Shown here one piece after another: positions 11,900 to 24,644 of a DNA stretch of 62,000 bases (positions are counted from its first letter, which is position 1; each line of letters opens with the position of its first letter). The notes under the pieces are model-generated. The model searched no databases, was not told where the DNA came from, and saw nothing but the letters and a program-made list of their open reading frames with translations. The stretch comes from Octopus vulgaris. Taxonomy: Eukaryota. The stretch spans positions 189,926,001 to 189,988,000 of the forward strand of contig OX597815.1 in NCBI GenBank assembly GCA_951406725.2, given 5' to 3'. The position numbers were made by a program, and so were the translations under genes.

Positions 11900-12420
11900 T
11901 TCATCATGGGATGAAGGTTGGTGACAGGAAGGGCATCCAGCAGTATAAAATCAGCCTCAACAAATGCTGTCCAACCCATGCAAGCATGGAAAAGTGGATG
12001 TTAAAACAATGTTGATGATGAAGATGAAGATGATGATGATAATGACAATGATGATGATAATGATGACGATGGCACCGATGATGATGATGATGACAATGGT
12101 GATGACGGTGATGATGATGATGACAATGGTGATGACGACGATGATGATGATGATGGTAATGACAATGATGATGATGACAATGGTGATGACAATGGTGATG
12201 ACAACGACAACAAGGATGATGATGATAATGATGATGATGATGATGACAATGGTGATGACAACGATGATGATGATGATGACAATGGTGATGACAACGATGA
12301 CGAGGATGATGATGATAATGACGATGATGATGATGACAATGGTGATGACAACGATGATAATGACAATGGTGATGACAACGACGACGACGACGATGATGCT
12401 GATGATGACAACGACAAAAA
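11900..12420 (+). repeat. SINE D 3' end with ~420-bp (GAT/GAC)n expanded tail
   Basis: AGGAAGGGCATCCAG...AACCCATGCAAGCATGGAAAAGTGGATGTTAAA followed by GATGATGACAATGGTGATGAC units. Confidence 0.85.
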
Positions 12421-13284
12421 TGATAGTGAAATTTATTCATCGATTGCTATTCACAAGCAACTAAGTCCGTATTTACGAAAATATCAGGGCCTGATGCTAT
12501 TCTGTTCATCTAGCCAGAACATCTTCATGGCTGAACTATATATAACTGTTAATGGCTACCTTCTGTACACTTAGCATTAAGCATTCTATTTTACTTAACA
12601 CATGGATACAATACAATACCATACAATAGAATAACGTGTTTGTTGTTATAGATTCAACTTCTGTCTCAGGCACTGAAATAAGTTCTTAAATAAAGTCGAT
12701 CATTGAGTTTACTTTACTCTGTCTAATAAAGCAAGCAATTTAATGAGCTATGTTTAGTGTTGGCCTTAAATGCGTATCCAAAATGTTGAAAGCAATTCTG
12801 TGCTGAAACTAATGTTGAGTGTTCCCAATCAGCTAAAAGGCAATTTATTGATTTCTTAGAAAGTAATTCATAAAATCAGCATTGCTGAATATGATTTAAT
12901 GCTTCATTATTTATACTAGAACGTAAGTGTTATTCGTGCTATGAAATCCAGGAAGATGAATGGCTAAATCAACATTAGCAGAGTCTATGGGATCTAAGAC
13001 GATGAATGAATGGCTAAGATGACACTAGCGAAATCTATCAGATATAACGCCTTCCAAACTTTTCGTTACATGACTAGGTTCTGATGAGCCATAAAAACAA
13101 ATGAAATTATTGAAGACAATAATAATATAATAATGAGCTGATTGCATTCAGTGCTCAGGTACACAGTGACTCACCTGAAAAAGGTAAAAAAAATGGGGAC
13201 AGAAAACAGTAGTCAGTCCAGTAAATAAAGACAGTGATGAAGGCCATAAATGCATGCAGAGTATACAAACAATTTATCCCTATA

Positions 13285-13572
13285 AGGTTAATTCTCCAGG
13301 GCAACTGACTTGGTAAACACCCACAAAATTATTAACTATTGCACCAACAACCACCTTGAGCACTTTTTTGAGCTCTATGTGTCTAACACATGTGGGAATG
13401 CCTACAAAGTCAGAAAACAGCTCAGCTCCCATGACTTTCAGAAACATTTTTTTCAGACTCAGAGTTGCTGAAGCATAGAACAAACTACCTGCATCAGTTG
13501 TTAGCTGCTGAGGCATTGCATCATTTAAAACCTTCATACTTCCAGAAATTCACCAATACTACACCTGATATC
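13285..13572 (+). mobile_element. Old 3' fragment of the same CR1/L2 LINE family as 60164-61365
   Basis: ATGTGTCTAACACATGTGGGAATGCCTACAAAGTCAGAAAACAGCTCAGCTCCCATGACTTT aligns to 61100-61160; alignment extends to CTACACCTGA. Confidence 0.85.
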
Positions 13573-13639
13573 CACCAGATGCCTTTTCGTGATGCTGATT
13601 CTTGCCTTTTTTTTTGCCTTTTTTTTTTTAATGTAATTG

Positions 13640-14665
13640 ACTTAATCCCTTTGTTTGTCCTCTCTATGTTTAGCCCCTTGTGGGCAATAAAGAAATAAGA
13701 AGTATGCTTTTCTACCACATGGTACCAGGTTCAGTTCCACTGTGTGACACCTTAGGCAAGTGCCTTCTACTATAGCCTTGGGCTGACCAAAGCCTTGAGT
13801 GGATTTGGTAGATGGAAACTAAAAGAAGCCTGTCATATTTGGGTGTGTGGCAGGGAGGTTGTGTGTGGGGTGGGAGGTTGTGTGTGTGTGTGCATCTTTG
13901 TGTCTGTGTTTGTCCCCACTACTGCTTGGCAACCAGTGTTGGTGTGTTTATGTCCCTATAACTTAACAGTTCAGCAAAAAGAAGCCAATAAAATAAGTAC
14001 CAGACTTTAAAAAAAAAAAAGAACAGAAAAAATTCATTCGACTCAGAAAAAAAAAGATTCTTCAAGGTGGTGCCCCAGAATGGCCAGTCTAATGACCGAA
14101 AGAAGCAAAAGATAAAAGATGCCTGCAAAAGAAGTCTTGCACCATAAAGTAAGAAATAAAGGTTTGATTCCTATTAGAATCCTTTCCCTTCCATTAATTC
14201 AGTCAAGGCATGAACACCACAACATCATATTTTCCATTTGTATTAAATTAAAATCATGAAACTAGTTTTTTAAAAATGCATATGCAGGAGTGGCTCGGTG
14301 ATAAGTAGCTTGCTTACCAACCACATGGTTCCAGGTTCAGTCCCACTATGTGGCAATTTGGGCAAGTGTCTTCTACTATAGCCTCGGGCCAACCAAAGCC
14401 TTGTGAGTGGATTTGGTAAACGGAAACTGAAAGAACCCCGTCGTATATATGTGTGTCTGTGTTTGTCCTCCCCCCCCCAACATCGCTTGACAACCGATGC
14501 TGGTGTGTTTACATCTACATAACTTAGCAGTTTGGCAAAAGAGACCAATAGAATAAGTACTAGGCTTACAAAGAATAAGCCCCGGGGTCAATTTGCTCGA
14601 CTAAAGGCAGTGCTCCAGCATGACCACAGTCAAATGACTGAAACAAGTAAAAGAGTAAAAGAGTA
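13640..14665 (+). mobile_element. SINE B 3' fragment followed by two SINE A copies (13706-14110, 14303-14665)
   Basis: Matches to the family consensus. Confidence 0.85.
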
Positions 14666-15049
14666 TGCTCCAAAGAAAATACTAATTAGTCAAACCTGTT
14701 AATTATCACGAAAATAGAAATTTACTTAAAAATTCTCTAACAGCAGCATATCTGAACAAAAGGGAAAACTTTAATAATTATCTGAAGTGCTGGCAGCAAA
14801 GATTTTTTAATATTCTGGAATTGTAGAATAAATATTCTAACCGTTCTGATTCCCTCTTGTGAGCTTTCTGTTTGTTTGCTCAAATTAAATTATTACTATC
14901 ATTTATAATTCTTTTGGCTTTTATTTCAATTCATATTGACTTTAAATGAACAATGCGTGTTTACCATTATGCCTAGTAGAAACGTTATACAACATGTTAT
15001 CTTTGAAAAATGCATTATAAAATATAAATAACATTGCTATTACAAACAC

Positions 15050-15209
15050 ACTCACACATATATATACACATATGTGTGTGTATACATATATACATATATA
15101 TATGTGTGTGTGTGTGTGTATATATATATATACAAATATAAATATATACCTATGCATAGTCTATATGTGAATATAAATATATACATATGTATGTATGTAT
15201 GTATATATA

Positions 15210-15247
<38 letters not shown>

Positions 15248-15360
15248 TGTCTATTTATGAATATAAATATATACATATGTATATGTATGTATATATATAT
15301 AATAATACATACATATGTATGTATATGTATATATATGCATATATATATATCCAACTATTT

Positions 15361-15405
<45 letters not shown>
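15050..15405. repeat. (TA)n/(TATG)n compound microsatellite
   Basis: Direct inspection. Confidence 0.95.
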
Positions 15406-15938
15406 GCTACTGTTTTGAATAGTATATATATTTTAGTATATATTGTTTAATATTCCTGTGTATATATTTTGGTAGAAATCCAAGGCAAGTAATTAACACT
15501 GATGGTATAAATAGAGGGAAAACTTACTACTGTGAGATCCTATTACGTGATCGCATATAATACAAACTGATAATGAAGAAAATTGCAGTTGAATAGCTTC
15601 TCTATAATGATAGATTTGATGACGCAGAAGAAATGCAAGATATTTCATGAAAAAAATTATTTCTTCTTCAGAAATTTTTGCCAATATTCCAATTTTTTTT
15701 TTGCTGAATCTTTACAATTTTACAAATAAATGTGAATTTTTTTTTTTCCTGCTCAAAGTGAAAGGCACTGCAGCCTAAATTATAGAATGAAATACTAAAA
15801 GTTTATTCATTCTCAAATATAAGTAATTTGTCTGTTATTCCATACTTTTTCACTCCATGTGCTGTGACTATTGGTGTGATCAATTGCAGACATTTATACT
15901 CTTTTCTGAAGATTCATAATTTTTCAATAGATAGATAC

Positions 15939-16170
15939 CTATTTCTTTACTACCCACAAGGGGCTAAACACAGAGAGGATAAACAAGGACAGACAAACGG
16001 ATTAAGTCGATTATATCGACCCCAGTGCATAACTGGTACTTATTTTATCGACCCTGAAAGGATGAAAGGCAAAGTCGACCTCGGTGGAATTTGAACTCAG
16101 AATGTAGCGGCAGACAAAATACTGCTAAGCATTTTACCCGGCATGCTAACAATTCTGCCATCACACCACC
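15939..16170 (-). mobile_element. SINE B with 18-bp TSD
   Basis: TTTTCAATAGATAGATAC at 15921-15938 and 16171-16188 flanks a full reverse copy. Confidence 0.9.
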
Positions 16171-17785
16171 TTTTCAATAGATAGATACAACAGTGGTTTA
16201 CCATTACCGTCTGTCAGTCTATTTATATTTTTTCTGTAAGTTTTCTTTTCTGATAATAACCCTGAGCCATAGGACTAATTCAACCCTTAGGCAAGGAAAC
16301 AGTTTATGTGACATTAGGGCATGCCTACTTTCCAATGGGCCTCTGTGCCATATGTCTTGGAGCCATCTGTTCTCTGAGTTCTGTATCCCGTAACCACAGG
16401 GCCATCTGCTCTTTTATTCATAACTGGAATCCTTGATATGTACTACCACCACAGGTTAGGGAACACTTCGCAGCTATGGTGATTAACTCTAAAATTACCA
16501 AAACTCCTGGACTCTTGAAATACAGTTTCACTTCTGGATGCCATTTAATGGTTTGCTCAAGATTAATGATTAATACCTGAATGATATTACATTAAAGAAC
16601 TTTATTCCTGAGTTATAAAAATAAAAGCACCTTGCATATGTAAAGGTCTTTAATATGATGTGGTTGTGCACATGGGGCAATAATGTCTAAGCAAGACATT
16701 CTTTAATAGAAATTTCCACTTAACACTTTGGGGCTTACAGTAAATAAATAGAAACATTTCTGAGGTTTGTTACAAAAGAAAAGGGAAAATAATGACAAGG
16801 TTATTGAATTAAATAAAGCATATTTAAGGATATTAAAACTAGAGATAATATTTGATCTTATAAAGTAGAACAGGGCTAAGGTTTCATTGTTGTATATAGA
16901 AACAGAAAAACCAGAATGGATGTTCATGTTCCAAATATAAAAATCTGTTTAATTAATCAATATTAATATTTTTTGGCATTATGAGTTGGCAGAAATGATT
17001 GATTGTTAAATTAAATTCGACTTAGAGTATTATATTTTTGATAATTCAATGATGACCACATTGTTGGCTGTAGCAGTGTCTTGAGACAACACTAATTATA
17101 TAAGCTAATAAAGGAGTTTTCAATGTGGTATTTTGACCTGCTAGAAAAGGCAGCTACGTTGCCTCACACTCCACCTTTAAAAGTGGAAGGACACAATTTT
17201 ATGATATAATGCAATGTGGTAAAATAGAACTAAATTCATGGTCCCAGCAGACAAAATGAAAAAGGTGTTGCCCTGAGGATGGTGAGGGAGATGTACTGGA
17301 TCAACCTCTCTCACATTTGTTGATAGGATGATTATCCCAGATTTAGATGATTACCTTAGATACATTGTCTGAAAGTATGATAGGACAATCATAGCAAGAA
17401 TGGTTTGATTTGGGATTTACTCAGTCAAGTTTGCTAAAAGGCTAAACAAGAATTATCAATGAGTAACTAAGATAAGAATAGTTAGTGATGGTCACAACTG
17501 GCTACAACTATACTGAAAGTAAAACTGAAACATTTTGTTGTTATTGTTGCTTAGCTCCAAATTGGCTCTCATCAAAAATATTCCAACTGGTACCATAGCA
17601 AATTTTTAAAGCCATTAGTTAATCTATCTAGGACTATATCTTACACCATAACATTCTCTACATTTTTTAACATGCTAGCTGTGATCTGAGGGAGATTTGG
17701 CTGCTGTTTCTGTAGAGGCACTCTGTAAAATTGTTCATGAACAATTAGTAAAGAATTGGATCTGAGGTACCCATATGGCAGGTGA

Positions 17786-18019
17786 TAAGGTGGCGAGCTG
17801 GCAGAAACGTTAGCGTACAGGGCGAAATGCTTTGCGGTATTTTGTCTGCCACTACATTCTGAGTTCAAATTCCACCGAGGTCGACTTTGCCTTTCATCCT
17901 TTCGGGGTCGATTAAATAAGTACCAGTTATGCACTGGGGTTGATATAATCGACTTAATCCACTTGTCTGTCCTTGTTTGTCTCCTCTGTGTTTAGCCCCT
18001 TGTGGGTAGTAAAGAAATA
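17786..18019 (+). mobile_element. SINE B with 20-bp TSD
   Basis: GGTA(C/T)CCATATGGCAGGTGA at 17766-17785 and 18020-18039 (19/20). Confidence 0.9.
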
Positions 18020-18539
18020 GGTATCCATATGGCAGGTGAACATTCTACCGTAAAACAATCTGACGCATGTATCATACTGCATTTTTGCTGTGCCAGGAGA
18101 GGAAGTAAAAATTATCCTTTTAATTATGTAAACATCGATCGAAAATAATTGTTCGAAAACAATTATTCAAAAAACATTTATTTGAATGAAAAATTGTATG
18201 AATGAAAATTATTCAGAAGAACAATTATACACAATGTTAATCATTCTAAATTTTTTATTTTATTTAAAGAAAAATGATAAAATTAAAAATCAAGTACACA
18301 AGTGATATTTATTTCGAATAACTGTTTATGAACAACTGTTTTTGAGCAATTTTATGATACGAAACATTTTTTCTGTCATATATATGAAAAAATCAGTGAT
18401 GCTGTACAAAAAATATATCTGGAAGTTAAAACAGAATCTGTGCTTTACATGTTTAAATACATTATTATCCTTCTTTTCTGTGTTCCTTAGTTTTTTTATT
18501 TCACATACTCATTGTTAACTCTGAGTTTAGTGACAACAC

Positions 18540-18875
18540 TTACTCTTTTACTCTTTTACTTGCTTCAGTCATTTGACTGTGGCCATGCTGGAACACTACC
18601 TTTTGTCAAGCAAACTTATGTATGTATGTATGTATGTATGTATGTATGTATGTGTGTGTATATGTTTGTGTGTCTGTGTTTGTCCCCCTAACATCACTTG
18701 ACAACCGATGCTGGTGTGTTTACGTCCCCCGTAACTTAGCAGTTCGGCAAAAGAGACCAACAGAATAAGTACTAGGCTTACAAAGAATAAGTCCTGGGGT
18801 CGATTTGCTCGACTAAAGGCCATGCTCCAGCATGGTCAAAGTCAAATGACTGAAACAAGTAAAAGAGTAAAAAAG
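18540..18875. mobile_element. Two SINE A 3' fragments back to back (minus 18540-18600, plus 18655-18875)
   Basis: CTTTTACTTGCTTCAGTCATTTGACTG at left; ...CAAATGACTGAAACAAGTAAAAGAG at right. Confidence 0.8.
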
Positions 18876-19253
18876 AGAGAGAACCTATAGCTCTTTCCAT
18901 AATTTCACAACTACACACACACACGCACACACACACATACACATGTATGAATGCATGTATGAATGTGTATGTTTGTATGTGTGTGTCTATGTAGTTGTAT
19001 GTGATTGTGTATTCTTTTACATATTCCATCACTTGAACAAAAGTGTAGCATATGGCACTGTCAGTTTCGCCTGTCAAGAAACCATCTGGGCAATTTGTAT
19101 CTTGTAAGCTGTGTGGAATAAATGATCTCTTGCTTAAAAAAAAGAGGCAAGAATCAGCATCACGAAAAGGCATCTTTGTGAAAGACAATACATTCAATAA
19201 TACATTCTCCCAACCCATGCAACCATGGACAAACTGACGTAAATTAATGAATG

Positions 19254-19254
<1 letters not shown>

Positions 19255-19329
<75 letters not shown>

Positions 19330-19373
19330 ATATATATATGTGTAGATAGGTAGATAGCTGGATAGATAGATAC

Positions 19374-19421
<48 letters not shown>

Positions 19422-19438
19422 AGATAGGAAGATAGCTG

Positions 19439-19485
<47 letters not shown>

Positions 19486-19510
19486 GGACAGACAGGAAGA
19501 TAGATAGATA
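19255..19510. repeat. (TA)n/(TAGA)n microsatellites
   Basis: Direct inspection. Confidence 0.95.
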
Positions 19511-20743
19511 GATCAGATTTAATTTAGTTTCTACCAACTGAATTTACTCACAAGGCATTGGTAAGCTTGGGGTTATTGTCAAAGACATTTGCCCAGGTTG
19601 CCAAGCAGTGGAACTGAGCTGGTGTGTGTGTGTATGTGTGTGTGTGTATGTGTGTGTGTGTGTGTGTATGTGTGCCTGTGGGGGCATGTGTGTATGAGTG
19701 TATGTATGTAGGTATTTATGTATATAGGTAGGTAGGTAGCTAGGTACCCCCTCACACACTCACTCATACATACCTCATTAGCATTCGGAGGTTAGTAGTA
19801 CTTTACTAAAAGGAGTTATTTATCTTTATTTTAGTATTAACATTTATATTAAGGAAAATGTCATACCACTTATTTTCTGAACACCAGCAATCAATATGCC
19901 AACTTACAGATTTGTAAGGCAGCATCACCATTATCGCATACTTTTAGGACGTAGCTGTTATTTTTGTTTAAAAATAAATACATTTTGTTACTTTGATGTT
20001 GAAAATGACAATCTACAAACATAAAGCATTCTTCGTCTTCAAAAGAACTATTTAATCAATGTAACATTTTCCTGTCCAATGGACACCTTTTGGCATCGAT
20101 TTGTCAGAAAATATTTTGGATTATCTGATCTCATAAATTCATCATTTTGTAGATAAAAGCTAAGAAAATAAAAATACCGTATATGCAATATCTAGTTTCA
20201 TCTGTTGCTAGATTAACAATGTTCCTTGATGCTGCCTGAGTTATTCTCATCTATGGTAATTGTTCAACCAATAGGAAACACTTCAGTTAATTCCTTGCAG
20301 AAAGAAGAACGTTATTCCTCCATTATTGAATCACTAATTTCTATCTACACAAATTTCCTTTAAAACATAATCTTCAAAAGCTTCACAGAACCTTTGAATG
20401 GAGGAGACAAAATAAGGATTTGACTATTAGCAGTCAGTCTTTCTACTCTGCAGTTACTCTTCATGCTGAGTAAACTTCAGTAGAATATCAAAACACTCAT
20501 GCATAATACGTGTCTTTTGTTAATATTTTAGTTCAACTAAAAATTATGCTTATTTATATAACATTATCAACCAAACTTGTTTTATTCGTAACAAAATAAA
20601 GGCGAACTCTCCCTGAGTTTGCTTTGATTATAGACGTAAATTAACTACAGCAACTTTATATGCGAACAAGTGAGTGACTTCAAGCAGCTTCTACAGCTTT
20701 GCTAAAATGAATTCATAACAAATTATACTTGCCAAGTAAAATG

Positions 20744-21171
20744 GAATCTTTTCGGTTTGAACGGCAGTTTTTTCTAGCGGTGTCATATGAAATTGTCACC
20801 CATAATTATGACCCTAGTATTGATCTATTGCATTTCAATCTTCTTTAGGGTTAGGGTTAGATAGGGTTAGGGGTGGGGGAGGTTATCTTTTTTTCTTCAC
20901 AAATGTAAATAAACCCAATGTGTTTCTTAAACGAGGGACATATTCATACAGCACATAATGTTTTTTACCTCAATAGACGTCATTGATTGGTTGAAATTGC
21001 AGAAATTGAAGAGAAAAAAACAACAAATATCTTACAAACTATAGAATTTTCTCAATAAAGCCAAGAGAAAAAGATGTTTTATAAACACATTCTACCAGTA
21101 TACGAAGTTTTAAAATTTTTTTAGTTACCTAGAAATTATGTTAAAAACTGCCGTTCAAACCGAAAAGATCC
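20744..21171. mobile_element. 428-bp MITE, ~26-bp TIRs, 8-bp TSD (hAT-like), internal TTAGGG tract
   Basis: G(A/G)ATCTTTTCGGTTTGAACGGCAGTTTT at both ends in inverted orientation; GTAAAATG at 20736-20743 and 21172-21179. Confidence 0.85.
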
Positions 21172-21464
21172 GTAAAATGAGATATTCCAGGCCATTTCTA
21201 TGCTTTATCAATAAACTGATGAGTGCATTAAGGACTTAATCCTGTGTCAATGATTTCTATAGTTTAGTCCTGGAAACTGCTATAAATTTGCTGCTCAAAC
21301 AATAAAGTCATCAATTCTATTGTTTCTTTCCATTTCATCAGTTTTTTTCTTTTTTTATTAGTTTCAGTAATTGTTTTAGGATTTTTGTAGAGCAAAGTAA
21401 AGCTGTTCCTATTGTTAGATTAACTAGAAGGTCTGTCGTGCACAGGCTTTGATTTCTTAATGGA

Positions 21465-21965
21465 TGGAGTTTTTCGTCGTCATCGTTATCATCATCATCA
21501 TCGTCATTATCATCATCATCATCGTCATTATCATCATCATCATCATCATCATTACTGTCGTCATTATCATTATTGTCATCACCATCATCATCATCGTCAT
21601 TGTCATCAACATCACCATTCTCATCATCATCATCATCATCTTCATCATTGCCATCATCGTCATCATTGTTGTCGTCAGCATCATCACTATCATCATCGTC
21701 ATCATCACTGCCATCACCATCATCATCACCATCACCATCAGCATCATTAACATTGCCATCATCGTCATCATTGTTGTCGTCAGCATCATCACAATCATCA
21801 TCATTGTCATCATCACTGCCATCATCATCAGCAGCACCATCAGCATCATCAACATTGCCATCATCGTCATCATTGTTGTCGTCAACATCATCACTATCAT
21901 TATCATTGTCATCACTACCATCATCATCATCATCATCATTCCCATCATCACCATCAGCATCAATG
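21465..21965. repeat. (CAT)n-derived minisatellite with ~102-105-bp higher-order units
   Basis: ATTGCCATCATCGTCATCATTGTTGTCGTCA recurs near 21647, 21752 and 21854. Confidence 0.85.
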
Positions 21966-22277
21966 CTTTAATTACGATATTGTTGCTTAAGATCCCAGTA
22001 AGCTTTGATTGAACAAACCATTAATCAAAGGCATTCCTTGATCTGACCATTCTCTCTGTTCGCATATTAGGGGCAATGCTATCGTCCCTATTACCATATC
22101 ATAGCTTATGACCTTTCTACCTGTTCACATATTGAGGACTGTTACAATCCAGTGCGTGCTTTCTTTTATACAAGCCGACAAAGTGTGATTTAAGGGACAT
22201 TCCCCTACCGACTTTAGCAGCTAATCTAATCACAAAAAGAATCCATTATAAGTCTTCTACTCTATGTGGATATTCTA

Positions 22278-22815
22278 TTGGGTTGGTGCATAATTATTGC
22301 AGCATTTTTCAACAAATTTTATTCAACAAAAACAACTTTAAATGATTATTCCGGAGCATATTCACCATCTACTTCAATTACTGTTTCCCATTTGCTTGGC
22401 AGATGGTCAGACCATCATTTAACCCTTTCATTACTGTATTTATTTTGAGATGCTCTGTGTTTCTTTCAATTACTTTAAATATAACAAAAAACTTAGTAAA
22501 ATATCTTAGTTATCATTAAGTCAGTGTTAGGAACATAAATTATGACTAAGGTTTGGTGGAAGATTTTAATTCAAAACCGATAGAAACAAGACATTTGTAC
22601 TTTTGAATTAAAATCTTCCACCAAACCTTAGTCATAATTTATGTTCCTAACACTAACTTAATGATAACTAAGATATTTTTCTAAATTTTTTGTTATATTT
22701 AAAGTAATTGAAAGAAACACAGAGCATCTCAAAAGATGTTTTTGTTAAATATTGTTATTGTTTTTGTTGAATAAAATTTGTTGAAAAAAAGCCACAATAA
22801 TTATACATTAACCCA

Positions 22816-22816
<1 letters not shown>
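22278..22816. mobile_element. Mariner-type MITE containing a piggyBac-like fold-back insert
   Basis: TA|TTGGGTTGGTGCATAATTATTG ... CAATAATTATACATTAACCCAA|TA; insert starts TTAA|CCCTTTC at 22419-22423. Confidence 0.8.
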
Positions 22817-22848
<32 letters not shown>

Positions 22849-23077
22849 CTGCATTTGAGCATAATTATTGTTGCTTTTTTTCAACAAATTTTATTCAACA
22901 AAAACTACAACAATATTTAACAAAAACACCTTTAAATGATTATTCCGGAGTATATTCACCATCTACTTCTATTACTGCTTCTCATTTGCTTTGCAGATGG
23001 TCAGACCATCATTTAAAGATGTTTTCGTTAAATCAAATTTGTTGAAAAAAAGCTGCAATGAATATGTACCAACCCAA
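22849..23077. mobile_element. Second, uninterrupted copy of the mariner-type MITE
   Basis: Same body (TTTAAATGATTATTCCGGAG..ATATTCACCATCTAC...AGACCATCATTTAAAGATG); right TIR GTACCAACCCAA|TA; left TIR decayed. Confidence 0.8.
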
Positions 23078-23289
23078 TATGTTCCTATACCTATTGGATA
23101 GGTTTCCAGTTCAGCATATTACTACTCGTCTCAATATTCGTGACAAATCCCCAATTTGTCCCAGTGTCCAGATGTCTGTTCTCATCATTTTTCTTCAACT
23201 CATTCTCATGTTCTCTCTCTCTGCAAACTGACCCTGTACCATGTATGATGCTTTTCTTTATCAAGTCTCATGTAGGCAATGACAAGTGG

Positions 23290-24020
23290 CCGAGGCTTTT
23301 GAGGATGTGCTGTGCTTGAGAAGACACATCAAGCAAAGTGAAATTGTAGCTGTGGCCGGTGCCAGTGGAACGTGAAAGGTACCTGTGCCGATGACACGTA
23401 AAAGGCACCCAGTCCACTCTGTAGAGTGGTCGGCATTAGGAAGGGCTTCTAGTTATAGAAACTATGCTAAAGCAGACCTTGCCAATACTGGTGCCACATG
23501 AAAATTACTCAGTCCACACTGTAAAGTGGTTGGCATTAGGAAGGGCACCCAGCTGTAGAAATGAAGGTAAAACAGACAATTGGAGTCTGGTGCAGCTCTG
23601 CAGCCAACCCATTCCGGTCAAACTATGTAACCCATGCTAATTGGAAAATGGAGGCTAAATGATAATCAGGAGGAGGGAGGGGAGGAGGAGGAGGAGAAGG
23701 AGGGTGAGGAGGTGGAGGAAAAGGAGGAGGAGGAGAATGACGATTATGATGATGAGGAGAAGGAAGAGGAGGACGATTATGAGGAGGAAGAGGAGATGGA
23801 GGAGGAGGAAGAAGAGGTGGAGGAGGAGGAAGAAGTGGTGGAGGAGGAGGAAGAAGGGGTGGAGGAGGACGAAGAGGTGGACGATTAGATGATGAGGAGG
23901 AGGAAGAGGTAGAGGGTGGGGATGATGACAATGGTGATGAGAAGGAGGAGAAGGAGGATGACGATTATGATGATGATGATGAGAAGGAAGAGGGAGTGGA
24001 GAATGATGATGATGATAATT
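23290..24020 (+). mobile_element. Diverged SINE D with (GAG/GAT)n expanded tail
   Basis: GAGTGGTCGGCATTAGGAAGGGC twice, AACCCATGCTAATTGGAAAATGGA, then ~350 bp GAG-rich tract. Confidence 0.8.
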
Positions 24021-24644
24021 CCTCTGTCTTTACACATTCTGTGTTTCTACAAATACAATTCTCTAACTCTTACACACACACACACATGCTAATTCCTTTA
24101 AACGACCTGCTGTTCGCTCAGCTCCCTAGCGTTACATCTTTTTACACTGATTAGTATGGTGACCTATAATGGAGTTCACCTCACATCTCTAGAATGCCTC
24201 TGCTACAGGACATTCGTATTCTTACATCTCATTGAAAAATGGCCACATTCCAACATCTAAGCCATTGTTATTATCAATCCAATACCAAACAGACTCTAAC
24301 ATTTATATCTGGTGATTCATCTGAGCACTCTATTTCATTGGTTGTGTGACCCCTATCTGATCTGGTGCCTATGAGGGAATTCCTATGCAGTTGATCAACC
24401 CAGTAAAAACAGCAGTCAAATCTCTGATAGATTACATTTTATCATGTTAAAAATAAAGGACATATTAGATAATATAGTCTTGGATTACCCTAAAAAATGA
24501 TGGAATAGTCGTGTCTGGAATATATCTCATCATAGGTGCCCTTAATATTAACCTAGAGCTGAACAACAACAACAACAGCAAAAAAAAAAAACAATGAACC
24601 CAGTGCATATCTTCCACAAATGTTAGTATTTCCAATGATACAAG

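Noticed and set aside
13081-13110. CTGATGAG...GAAA hammerhead-like strings (also 9500-9540 minus, 21206, 28800)
   Set aside because: Stem I or II does not pair, or GAAA is missing.
15493-15684. 63-aa ORF with CIIC..H, like a BED zinc finger
   Set aside because: Too short, with no further transposase motifs or TIRs.
23623-23931. Poly-Glu, poly-Pro and poly-Arg ORFs (likewise 7175-7704, 11904-12464, 21457-22012, 56106-57156, 58653-59061)
   Set aside because: Microsatellite translations.
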